Positions 1 through 10,750 of a DNA stretch of 64,000 bases are shown piece by piece. The notes beneath the pieces are model-generated. The model ran no database searches. It saw nothing but the letters and a program-made list of their open reading frames with translations, and had not been told where the DNA came from. Within the stretch, counting starts at the first letter, position 1. Each line of letters starts with the position of its first letter. The position numbers were made by a program, and so were the translations under genes. Origin of the DNA: Lama glama (taxonomy: Eukaryota); assembly GCA_028534125.1 (NCBI GenBank), contig CM052817.1, forward strand, positions 30,444,001 through 30,508,000, in the 5' to 3' direction.

Positions 1-337
1 GGATGAAAAAGAACAGGATACTGGCCCTAGATAGCTAGGTGCATATCAAAGGAATGATTTCAATGAACCCAGACTTTTGCATCTTCCCCTACAAGAAAAG
101 TGCTAAATTCCTTGAGACACCTGGTTTTCTTTAATTAACAGTAATCTTTTAATGTTCTGACTACCTGGTCTTTGTTGTAAAAACTCCGATACATCCTCCT
201 CCTTTGCCACTTTGGAGCAGTCCCTCAGAGCGACCTGACAGGCTGTCATCCCAGCCTTAAGCCCTCAGAAATGTACGCTGAATGAAACATAATTTCTCAA
301 CTTTTAGGTTGTGCATTTTTTTTTTTTTCAGTTGACA
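1..337 (+). mobile_element. MER41-like ERV1 LTR, 3' part (cut by window edge)
   Basis: Ends aaacataatttctcaacttttaggttgtgcattttt...cagttgaca, which resembles the 3' end of artiodactyl MER41-type LTRs; terminal CA at 336-337. Confidence 0.6.
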
Positions 338-528
338 GTCTCCAGCTTGCCAACTTATCCCCTTCAGATCTTGGGACTTGTCAGCCTCCATAATCACATG
401 GGCCAACTTAGTCCTTATAATAAATTACGTATAATCTAGGTGCATGGACCTTCTGTTTGATAATTTTTGGATTTCTTTTTTGTTTTAATTACAATATGCT
501 CATAGTATTTATATTACTTCAATCACAC

Positions 529-575
<47 letters not shown>

Positions 576-590
576 ACTGTTTCTGTAATC
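338..590 (+). mobile_element. MLT2 (ERVL) LTR, 3' fragment
   Basis: tctccagcttgcc...cagatcttgggacttgtcagcctccataatcacatgggccaa...ccttataataaat is typical MLT2; includes the (CA)n tract. Confidence 0.6.
531..570. repeat. (CA)20 microsatellite
   Basis: Read directly. Confidence 0.95.
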
Positions 591-1097
591 ATACTATTTT
601 GGGGGTGGGGGAACTTGAACTGTTTTGTCTTGACAGACTTGTAAATCTCCTTCGTATTATTTATGCTTCCTATTTGTCCTTGCTTATCCTGTGGCTTCTG
701 TCATTGTTATGGTGTTTACTGCCCAGAAATGTTTGCCTACACTGAACTGCTACATCAGAGGGAAATAAATTTCAATTTTCTTGAAACTGCAATTTAGATC
801 TCTCTCTTTAGCTTAGCCTTATTGTATCTAACTAACTGCAGACAAACTTACCAAAGTTATCAAGTTTACAAAGTTTAGCTCTGAAAGGAGACTGGCTCAG
901 TGGCAGGGAGCTTAACGAAGTGGTCGGTTTCAAATAAGGCAAATAAAGCGTTCATGCATTTGGGATTAATTCATAAAAGAGGATGCTTTTTGTTATTTTG
1001 CCACTCTCTTCCCCACAACCACTTCAAATTCTAATCATTCTATTCCACAAACTAGTTAATGATCTTGTATTCTGTGAAGATCATAACACAACTCAAT

Positions 1098-1169
1098 AAA
1101 TTATTAATTTTGAATGAGTAGAGTATACAAAACAAATTATTAATTTTGAATGAGTAGAGTATACAAAAC
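1098..1169. repeat. Perfect 36-bp tandem duplication
   Basis: aaattattaattttgaatgagtagagtatacaaaac x2 (1098-1133, 1134-1169). Confidence 0.95.
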
Positions 1170-1172
1170 ATC

Positions 1173-1535
1173 TGTCTTCATGCATTCAGGCTGCTATAAC
1201 AGAATCCCATGGACCACATGGCTCATGAACAGTAGTAGCAATGTATGTCTCACAGTCCTGGAGGCTGGGAATCCAAGATCAAGCTGCTGCCAGATTCAGT
1301 GTCTGGTAAGAGCCTGCTTCCTCATTCAAAGATGGCTGCCTTCTCGCTATGTTGCCACATGGCAGAAAGGGCAAGTGAGATCTCTGAGATCTCCTTTATA
1401 AGGGCACTAATCCCATGCATGAGGGCTCTACTATCTTGACCACTATCTATCACCTCCCAAAGGCCCCACACCTCCAAATACATTGGGGATTAAGCTTCAA
1501 CATGACTTTGGGAGGCATACATTCACTCTACAGCA
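1173..1535 (-). mobile_element. MLT1A-type MaLR solo LTR
   Basis: tgtctt...ggctgctataacagaa...tctcacagtcctggaggctgggaatccaagatcaag...taagggcactaatcccat...cacctcccaaaggcccca is the reverse complement of MLT1A. Confidence 0.85.
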
Positions 1536-3639
1536 GCATTCTATTAAGTGACTATATAAATATGTGATAATAGGTAAATACCAAGCAAATAATATTGCTT
1601 AAAAATTATATGTAATGTATCAGAAAAAGTAGTTGCGTGGAATATAAAATTCCTCTTCTTCCAATTGTCCCGGAAACTTCCTTTTAAGAGTTATTAGTAG
1701 CATTTTTAATTTTACAGAAGCAACCATCCTAAATTTCCTCATTTCTTAGGTAATGACTCAAGAAATGAGCACTGAAGTTGAATAACATTGAGCAAATAAA
1801 TAAAACTTTTTTCTTGTTGATTGGATTCTTTAATTACCCAAATTTTAATGTTGTTTGTTCAAACAAGGTGAAATAATTCTTTTTTTAATTTACAGAATGA
1901 TTTTCACACTTAACAAATCATTCTGTTGCTGCATTAGGGAAAACAACAAGGATAGTTCCAATTTACTTATATTTCAGGTATCATATGTTGAAGATACACT
2001 GAAAATTAATTTTCACTCATATACAAAGTGGGTAGTTTCTTACAAGCAATTAATTTATGAATAACTTTTTTGAAATGAGTGTGAGGTCAGAAATCTTACC
2101 CTATTCCATTGGGGAAAACAGCTTTTACTGCTTTTCAGTATTCTTAGGGAGTAATTTTTAGAGTTACTAGAACTGGAAAAATGTCTTGGTACCACAATTT
2201 AGAGAAAGTATGAAGTAAACAAACTTTGGCAGGGTGATATATGACCCTAACCAGCATTCTCAGAACACTGAGTGGTGTAATGATTATGTAATGTCTTGAG
2301 TACTCTATTACTAGTCTTGAGAGTTCAACAGTCAAGTTCACAAATTATTTAGTAGGTAGGGGAGGTAGATATATAGTGAAAAACAGAAATTGGAGTGAAT
2401 TTAAACTTTTCCTAGCATTAACCCTTCATACATTTTAGCATTTGAATGTATTCCATTGAGAAATAAAGGTGTGTGGTCAAATGTAATGCTCTTGAAATTG
2501 TAACATAACCAGAAACCTATCTTAACCTGAGGTAGGCAATTTTTTTAAAAGTATAGTCATTTAACATATTTGAGGTAAATATAAATTATCATATGACTTA
2601 TGAATCTTTAGTTATTTCCTTAAAAACAGTTTGAGAAATTCTATAATCAATGAAATGACATGTGCTTAAAATAGATTTAGGAATACCCATGACTTTTAAA
2701 CCCACAAAATAAATGCTTGCTCCTATTGCTTTCTTTCCCTATTTTTGAAAAAATAAAATTCTGAATACATCCACAGAAGTTTGCCGTGCACTATTCAGCA
2801 TGTGCTGTTACAGAGACAGTTTAAAAGCTGCTTAATTTTAATATTGTTTCCATAGTAACATAGTGGAGTCACATCATATATGTATTTAATTTAATCACTC
2901 AACTGTATGGGCTTTGAGACAAAGACACAAAAACACGAGGAAAGGGAAACTTTGAGAGGAGAGAAATTAAGATATTGAGACATAGACACAGAATGACAGA
3001 GAAAAAAAGATAAAAGAATTCATACAGGGGAGGCTGAACATTCCATCTATTGTTCTGCTCAGTAAGTCTATGTGTTCCTCAGTGGTTTCTTGGCTTCATT
3101 TTGCTCTCACAAAAAAGCACATCCTCACACTCTGTGGGGGTCTATTATACAATTATATTTGCCATGGATATGTCTTGGTAAAGGCATATTGACTGTATAC
3201 ATACTATGTATAACAGAACACTACATTAAATGCATACTGAATTTCATGTGCAATTTAAGATAATTTTGAAAATATGATTTTCACCTTACTGGCTTATTTT
3301 AGGGCCTATTCCTTTAATATGATTAAGCCCCTTCCCTACCCCATTCATGTGACCCAAGCTCCAAACAACAATGATAAAAATAAATTTTTGGAGATCATTC
3401 AAGTTTTGAACTATGGACAGTCTTTGTATTATCAAAGTCAAATCATAGTGAAAGCTCTTGACATTAGACATCATGACATTCCTACTTAGGGTCTATCACC
3501 TAGAACAATACTATCTCTTAATCATTCATTAAAGGGCTGAAATCCTCCTCCCCAACACCATCCTCATCCTCATCCTCATCAATACTTCCATCACTTATTT
3601 ATTCATTTAACCAGATACAAATTTATAATTGCTTATTAA

Positions 3640-3790
3640 GCATTTAGCTTAACTCACAAGCAAACAGCATCTGTAAATCAGGTATTATTTCCCTCAACTT
3701 TATAAATAAAACAATGGGAGAGATGAGCCAGTTAGCTAAGGGGCACACTTAGGCTCTGAATATAGATACTTCTGAATTCAAAGTCAGAAC
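3640..3790 (-). mobile_element. MIR fragment
   Basis: ggtattatttccctcaactttataaataaaac...agttagctaaggggcacac is a degenerate MIR core. Confidence 0.45.
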
Positions 3791-4959
3791 TTCCTATTTT
3801 AGGAAGATGCCTTTAATGCAAGAATCTAGAAAGAATAATATTTAAATAGAGTGATGGAACACTGTTTTCAAAACTGCATTTTCCCTGTAGTTGGCATCTT
3901 ACCATTTAAACATTTTCATTTGTAAAGTAGTTTTAAAACTCCTGAATGTATTATCTAATAAAATATCCATACACTTTTGTTGTTGTTGGTATATTTATCA
4001 GACACCCATCAGTTATGGTTGTGTGTCTGATTGGAAGATCTTTCATTTCAAGAAAATGTGAAATGTTTCCATGGAGATCAGCTTGAGATAGCCCAGTGAC
4101 GAACTTCTTAGCTATAATTTCACATTGGTTTCTATGGTTTCCAGATAGGCGAAGAAAATGAAGTTGCAGATTTTTTTGTAATGTAAAAGGTTATTGGAAA
4201 ATAAGAGATACTGCTCAAATTAATGTCATCCCCCAGGAAAGCAACTGCTGTTACTGCAAAACATGAAAGATTTGATGATGTATGTCGTACATCTATGCCA
4301 TTTTTTATACTTGTAACAGATGAGGAACTACCCTGATACTTAAACAATTTCTAAAGTTAGCAGAAAACTCTCTGTAAAGGGGGAATTCTCTATTGAGATC
4401 TGTTTTAACAATGGCTACTAATAACTAGCTTACAATCTCCACTCCACTTTTCTTACGTCAGATTTTTGAAGATGGTACACTGTGCATCTGTGACATCAGT
4501 TAAGTATGTGAGTGAAAACTCTGACACAGAGATATCTCTTTATTTATTGTTTATACCTGAGACCAGAATTTATAGTTTTTTGGGATAGTTCTTTTCATTG
4601 TTATTAGCTTATCTATATGGTTGTGCCACGAAGCAAGAACTAGTAAATACTGGACCTCATGTTCAAATCCCATTAAAGTCACTGCACATAAATTAGACTG
4701 ATCAAACACACATCACCCTTTTGTTCCTATTCTCCAGCCTAATTCTTTACATTTCCAATCCCAATAGTTGGCATTCGGCCACAACATTTATTTATCAATT
4801 TACCATCATCGCATGGGATAAGATCAGGGCTGTCTTTTCTTAAAAATCATGTAAAATTCCTAATGGAGCAATAGACCAAAAGTCAAGAGAAGCAGATTCT
4901 ACTTCTATTTTCACTTTCAGATGGCTTCCCTGTCACTTAACTAGCCCATGGCTAAAACA

Positions 4960-5553
4960 TAGATATCCATCTACTTTTTCCAGAATTCCTTCCCTCTGTG
5001 GTTTCAGGTTAGGATTGGCCACAAGAGAGAAATGCATGAGATAGGGATGGCGGTCGTGAGCCAGCACCCACGTTACCCAAGGCTGGCGTACAACACCAGC
5101 CCCTGCGGCAGCTCGTGTTTGCTCTTATTGATCCTCTAGTTGGATTGATAAGGAACAGCACCTGGGCCCTTTATTTAAACTCCTACCTATTCTTCTTCAG
5201 CTTTTTTGAGTCCTAAGCCAGGGGAATGCGCCATCCTGCAATGAAAGGCACCAACTTCTCCCATAACTCATACATGTTATCTTAGTTGGAGACAGTGAGA
5301 AACAGACACAGGTTCCAGTTTATGTTCATGATTCCAGTGCATCCTTCCCAATTCATATTGGCCCTTGCTCTCCCTTACTTCACATTCAGCTTTCCTTCTT
5401 TACTGAGAACTGAGTACCAGATGCAAAGGCAATAGCCTTGTAAAACTTCTCTGCTAGCTCTCACCATTGCCTCAGTTCTAATTCCCATAATTAATCCTAC
5501 ATTCTGTACTACTCATACTGTTTCTGCCTCTCTGATTAAACCCTGGCTGATAT
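4960..5553 (+). mobile_element. Ancient ERVL-class LTR (LTR41-like)
   Basis: ccagaattccttccctctgtggtttcaggttaggattggccacaagag at the start, and the ERVL-type end tttctgcctctctgattaaaccctggctgata. Confidence 0.5.
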
Positions 5554-5559
5554 AATTTG

Positions 5560-5950
5560 TATGAAGAATATATAAAAAACGTCTACTAATGATCAAGGCA
5601 AATGACTGAATAAAAAAAATGGCAAAGAAACTAACAGAAAGATCATACGAACAAAAAACCTCAAAACACAAAAAAGCTAACACAAGATGTTTGACCTGAT
5701 TAGTAATCAGGGAAACACAAATTAAAACATGAGCTATTACTTCATGCTTGTCAAAGTAGCAAATATTAAAATGTATGAAAACTGTAAGAGAGTTTGGATG
5801 TGGAACAGGAGGAAGTTGCACACTTCTTCTGGTAAGAGGTAAACTAACCACTTTGGGGAATCACTTAGCAATACTGATAAAGCTGAAAATGAGTATTCTC
5901 TCGGACCTACGCATTATACACCTACAAAGGATCCTAGAGGGATTCTCACA
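5560..5950 (+). mobile_element. Old L1M (L1ME-like) ORF2 end/3' fragment
   Basis: aaaatggcaaagaa...attagtaatcagggaaacacaaattaaaac...ccactttgggga...agcaata..taaagctgaaaat. Confidence 0.7.
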
Positions 5951-6085
5951 TATTAAAAATGGGGTGGAATATGTAATATCCTTTATCCAGAGAATAATGG
6001 TATCAATACCTACTTGAGCCTGAGCAACAGCACACTTACCTCGGACTTGATCATCCAGGAGGAGGAGGTGGTCTCCACTGCCAAC

Positions 6086-6604
6086 TGTGGTATCACCCAC
6101 AAGACAGCTCCCAGTGATCCCTGCCTTGAGTCAACCATGATCTTGTATAATCCCCTCCCCTTTTGCATGGCCTTGATTTAGTGTTTCACTTCTAGTGGAT
6201 AAAATAAGGTAGAGGCGATGAAAAGTCAGTTACAAGATTAGGTTACAAAAAGACTGTCGCTTCTTTCTTGGGCACCCTCTCTTCCTCTGTTATATTGTAA
6301 GCTGCCCTACGGAGAGACCCACAGGACAAGAAACTGACATGTGCAGCCAAAATCCAGCCAGGCCCTGAGACCAGTAAACAGCCATATGAGTGAACTGAGA
6401 TAGGGATCCTCCCCCTGTTGTGTCTTAAAATGATGACAGCCCTGACTGACACTTGGATTGCAGAAGTGTAAGATCCTGATCCTGAGGCATCCAGCTACTT
6501 CATACTCAGATTCTTGATCCACAGACTGTAAGATAATAAAAATTTGTTGTTTGAAGCAATCGAGTTTTAAGGTAATTTGTAAAATATCAATAGATAACTA
6601 ATAT
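6086..6604 (+). mobile_element. MLT1F-like MaLR solo LTR
   Basis: tgtggt...agctcccagtgatccctgcct...gatgacagccctgactgacac...gactgtaagataataaa...tttgttgtttgaagc...caatagataactaatata. Confidence 0.8.
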
Positions 6605-6684
6605 ATCCTCCAATAATCATTGCAAAACCCATAGTGGTAAACAAATTCATTATTTTCAGAATAAGGACTCTGAATTATCCCATT

Positions 6685-7400
6685 AATTTATTAGTTCAAA
6701 CAATAATTACTGAAGACCTGATTTGTCAGGCCCTATAGTCGGAAAAAAGAACACCAAAAAACAGTCCCCAACCTCTGCTTTAATGGAGTTTTGCATATAG
6801 ACAATAAATAATACTATACATCCTGTATCAGAAGATGATAATCCTATAGAGAAAAATAAAGCAAGTAAGCAGGATAGACAAACCCTGGTCTAAGAAGGGG
6901 TTGCAACGTTAAAAAGGGTAGTCAGAGACCTCTGCAAAGATAATATGCAAACAAACCCATGAAGAGTATGGTGGAGTGAGTCATCCAGGATCTGGAGGCA
7001 GTGCATTCCAAGCAGAGAGGAGCAAATGCAAGTCCTGATGCAGGAGTGAAACTGAGCAGTGCAGCATCCAAGGGGCCTGTGCACCTCTCTAAGGACTTCA
7101 GCTTTAGCTCTGGAGTAAAATGGGAAGTCATAGGGTTTTGAAAAGAGGGGTGATATTACTAAACTAATGTTTTAAATAATCATTCTGACTGCTGTGCTTT
7201 AAAAAGATTGTGGGGGAGGGCAGAGGGGAAGGGTAGGCTTAGGGGTCAAGTGTAAAACAAAGGAGAAGAGCTAGAAAGTTTTCATAATTCCAGTGAAAGT
7301 ATGGTGGTTCAGATCAGGGAGGGGAAGATAAAGGATGTGAAAAACGGTCAATTATGAATATGTTTTAAAGGAAGAGTCAATAGGATTTGCCAGACAATTA
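6685..7400 (-). mobile_element. L2 fragment
   Basis: Purine-rich L2 antisense hallmarks: gaaaaataaagca, gacttcagctttagctctggagtaaaatgggaagtca, tcattctgactgctgtg, ttttaaaggaagagtcaataggatttgc. Confidence 0.75.
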
Positions 7401-7605
7401 AGTTAATTTGTAAACTACATATATGTGTATATCTACTGACGGATACCCAGAGTAAATCACTGAGCCAGAAAAATACATGCTCGTTAATAATACTTTCAAA
7501 TATTTATTATTCATAATCCCCTGTAATCTATACCCACTGCTACTGCCTTGCTTCCAGGCACTATAATGACTATTTTCAATGACTTTCCAAAGGTTTCAAA
7601 TGCAT

Positions 7606-7615
7606 TTTATTTATT
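7606..7615 (-). terminator. Two overlapping AATAAA polyadenylation signals of COX7B2
   Basis: The minus strand reads AATAAATAAA, ~87 nt after the stop codon. Confidence 0.8.
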
Positions 7616-7701
7616 CAATTATGCTGTATTCAAATGAGCAACAGTGTACTTAAATGACAAGTTGATTTTGAAACAACCTTGTATTACAGTAACTTTGATG
7701 G

Positions 7702-7947
7702 TTACTCATCATTCCACGCTCTTGGAGTGACTCTGCCAACAGGGGACAGGTTCCATTTTATTCCAATCTGTGTGGTTGTAAACACCCATGCAACAAGACA
7801 GAAAGTGGCTCCACCGGCTAGTAGAATATTACCATATTTGTCATGAAAATCTGGTGACTGTTTGGAATGGCTCTGTCTTGCCCTAATTTGCCGAATGCTT
7901 TGAATCTTCAGACTACTTAGTGCATTTCTGATCAAGGGAAACATCAT
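7702..7947 (-). CDS. COX7B2: Cytochrome c oxidase subunit 7B2 (retrogene paralog of COX7B), complete CDS in one exon, 81 aa
   Basis: The translation MMFPLIRNALSSLKIQSIRQIRARQSHSKQSPDFHDKYGNILLAGGATFCLVAWVFTTTQIGIKWNLSPVGRVTPRAWNDE* carries the COX7B motifs PDFHDKYGN and WNLSPVGRVTP. The MMFPLxRNALSSLKIQSI start matches COX7B2 rather than COX7B. ATGs are at 7947 and 7944, TAA at 7704-7702, with no frameshift. Confidence 0.95.
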   Translation of the reverse strand: MMFPLIRNALSSLKIQSIRQIRARQSHSKQSPDFHDKYGNILLAGGATFCLVAWVFTTTQIGIKWNLSPVGRVTPRAWNDE

Positions 7948-8007
7948 GGAAGATGTGACAGAATTGCAGTTGACTGAAGTTTCTGGTCTCTTTCCTTGCA
8001 AAGAAAC

Positions 8008-8030
8008 CTGGAAAAACAAAAGATAGGCAA
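8008..8030 (-). promoter_or_regulatory. 3' splice acceptor with polypyrimidine tract
   Basis: The minus strand reads ttgcctatcttttgtttttcCAG|gtttc, 60 nt upstream of the start codon. Confidence 0.75.
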
Positions 8031-8084
8031 TGACATCTGATCTACATTCAGTTTCACCCACACCGCTCCTTACAGTGTGGCAGG

Positions 8085-8210
8085 GACGTGAGTTTGATAT
8101 CACAGATGTCTGGATCTGAGGCTCAGCTCTGTCACTGATGAGCTATATGAACTTGGACAGTTAGCTTTCCTCTCTTTATCTTACTTTCTTCAATGGCAAA
8201 CTGAGACAAC
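8085..8210 (+). mobile_element. MIR fragment just upstream of the COX7B2 acceptor
   Basis: ctcagctctgtcactgatgagctatatgaacttggacagttag...tttcttcaatggcaaactgag. Confidence 0.6.
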
Positions 8211-8439
8211 GTCTGGCTGATAAAATGGCTAAAGTGGCTAAAATTTCCAACATGCCCCAATAGTCCGATGACCTACGTGTCTACTAAAAACTCTAGTTTC
8301 AGTCAGAATTACAAGGGATTCATTCACAGGGTATGTCATACCTCCTCGTCCTCTTGCCAATTTCCTGCCTTCCTTTTAATCCCCTTCCCCCACTCCCTCA
8401 CCCTCACTTCTCTATCTCTACCTGTAATTCTTGTCTTGT

Positions 8440-8950
8440 ACCTTCCTACAGGTAAAATTCTACTTGCCTTTTAAATCCCAGTCTAGAAGTCACTACTTCT
8501 ACAAAGTCTCCTTCAAACCTCCCTAGGCTTGAATAAGCCCTTCTTTTCTGGGCTTCTACACTGCTTATAATCTTTCTTCCATAGCATTTAACATGATTGC
8601 ATTGGCTTTATCATTTTTAAAAACAGACTTTACTTTTAGAGTAGTTTTAGGTTCACAACAAAACTGAATGGAGAGTAGAGTCCCCATAGACATCCTGACT
8701 CCACACATGTATGCCTTCTCCATCCTGGACCAGAGCAGCACATTTGCTACATTTATTACAATCAGTGAACCTTCATACAGTCCTTTATCATATATGCCTT
8801 TTGCAAATATTTGCTTCCAGCCTGTGGCTTGTCTTGTCATTCTCTTGAGGAATTATCTTTACATTCTCCTCCAATAGTCTGAAAAATCTTCAAGAGCAAA
8901 GGATGTATTTTGCATACACAGTAGATGACACAAAAGTGTAGAATGAACAT
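8440..8950 (+). mobile_element. L2 3' fragment interrupted by an L1
   Basis: ttctacttgccttttaaatcccagtctagaagtcactacttctacaaagtctcc before the L1, and ctccaatagtctgaaaaatcttcaagagcaaagga after it. Confidence 0.45.
8615..8846 (-). mobile_element. L1MC-like fragment (3' end joined to an ORF2 piece)
   Basis: agactttacttttagagtagttttaggttcacaacaaaactga is an L1MC 3' end. The ORF-track peptide RQATGWKQIFAKGIYDKGL resembles L1 ORF2 RQPTEWEKIFANHISDKGL. Confidence 0.75.
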
Positions 8951-10589
8951 TTCTGAACCAATCTGAGATATGAATCAAGTCTGGTATCCACATAAGAAGT
9001 TAAAACCAACTGAGAGTAAGCCTCAAATCATGAAATCAGATGCACATATCCTAATAGCCCTAATTTATATTTTTTAAACAAACAGTTATACTGAGCAAGA
9101 GATCTCGAAGCAGAAAAACATGGATGAGTTCTGTCAATTCCTCTTCTTTGTGCAGGCTGTCAAACAGTGCTCAGTCTCCAGCAATGACATATGTTAACTG
9201 TGGCCCAAATGCAGGCAACAAAGCTACAAAAGGGCCTGAGGTCAGTACTTGAAAACTTATAACTGTTCACTGAGATTTGCCAACTGAAATGATTTTATTC
9301 CCAACTTAGAAAACAAGACCCTAAGGTTCTCTTTTATTTCCTACCAGATGGTAAAGTGGTACTCTTCATGATTGTGACAAACAGGACAAAAAAAGAACCA
9401 AATGCATTTCCTCTGAGGTTCCAAACACTCAAAGTTTTTTTTTTTTTTTTCTGTTAGTCATGAATCTCTCCACCGAAAGGCACTAGTTTTAATTTGAATT
9501 GAATTCAGAGAGCTGGTTGAAGGTGAAAAGGATCAGAGTATGACAGGTGCAGCCTTAATCCAATACAAAAGCACTTGTGCCACACAGAGCTTTTGGTCTT
9601 TAGGAAGGTACAGAACCAGAGAATAATTTGTGATAATAGGGATCTCTTGTGGGTCATCAACCCATGCCTGCTGCTTTATGACAAACTGAGTTCATTATTC
9701 CTATCCTCACGTTAAGTTGAAAGTCAGATACTTTGTCTCTAGTGACACTGATTGCATCCCTTTGTAGCTTAGTTCATTCTTTGGCTATTCTCACCTCTGT
9801 GAATCTGTTCTTTTCTATCTAGTCTGAATTTGCTTGTACCAATAAGTGTCCATTATTAAGAATTTTCTATTAGGAACTCCTTCTGTAGTTAGTAGTTGGC
9901 ATTTCATCCTATAATAAACAAGCTGCAGTCTTTTCATTCCTTTTTTTGTTTTTCCTTGTCAGCATTAGCTACATCCGTCTCAGTTGCCTTCATATCTGCC
10001 TTTTATCTACTTTTGTTTATAAAACACATGTAAGAGCTAGTAACCCACTGATTAAAGAAATTTTCCATCTCGCTGAACTCCACATGACTTATTTCTACAA
10101 TAAATTTTATGTTATTGAAGAGCCTTAAGCCTATTATCCAAAGAACTGAAGTTATAGATTCTAATATCCATATAAAAGCATAAAAAAGGAAATTCAGTAA
10201 TGTAGTGCAGGTAAAGAAAATGTTTCTCAAAGTAGATGCTTTCTGATGAAAACAGACTACAAAGAGATGGAAGAAGACAGATTCCTCTAGGCAATAAGAA
10301 CAAAGTAGAGGTTCTCTCATGCCTGTGGCAATAAAAAAAGAAATATGCTCTGAATAAATATAAATAGTTAAAGGGAGTGAAGTATCCTATGAGGATGAAA
10401 AGCAAAGATTGACTGTCTCATCTATTTTATACAGTAATGTTGAAGCTCAGTTCAGGGAAAATAACAAATACTTCAATCTAACTGCGATAAAGAGGTATAT
10501 AGATTTGAAGCTTCACTGGTAACAATAATAATTTTAAATCACGGAAGGCCATAAAAAGAAGTAAAGCCATAATGCAGGAAGGAAACTAA

Positions 10590-10750
10590 TGTTTATTGAA
10601 TATATACACCTGTTTGCCAGACATCATACCAGAATTTTGCACATCTGCAAAAACAGTGCAAGATGGTGATGATTTACCTCCATTTTACACACAAGAATAA
10701 AAGTCAGGACAAGACTTGAACTCAAGTCCTGATTCTAAATCCAGTGCAGT
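10590..10750 (-). mobile_element. MIR fragment
   Basis: cctccattttacac...gacttgaactcaagtcctgattctaaatccagtgc. Confidence 0.55.

Larger units (their letters stand above)
7591..8007 (-). other. COX7B2: COX7B2 terminal exon (60-nt 5'UTR part, CDS, ~110-nt 3'UTR)
   Basis: Begins after the acceptor ctttttgtttttcCAG-type tract at 8008. The 3' end is inferred ~15-20 nt after AATAAA, near ...tgcatttgaaacct. Confidence 0.7.

Noticed and set aside
3997..4031. Small hairpin atcagacac...gtgtctgat
   Set aside because: A 9-bp stem is at chance level, and I recognise no RNA family.
4200..4336. Short codon-like open stretch (IRDTAQINVIPRKATAV...)
   Set aside because: No recognisable homology, stop codons on both sides, and no clear splice sites.
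5513..6100. Overlapping 79-112 aa ORFs
   Set aside because: They lie mostly on a degenerate L1 fragment and show no coding signature.
7948..8103. 52-aa N-terminal extension in the ORF track (133-aa ORF)
   Set aside because: It starts at a non-ATG codon inside a MIR and crosses the splice acceptor at 8008-8010. Family homology begins at MMFPL.
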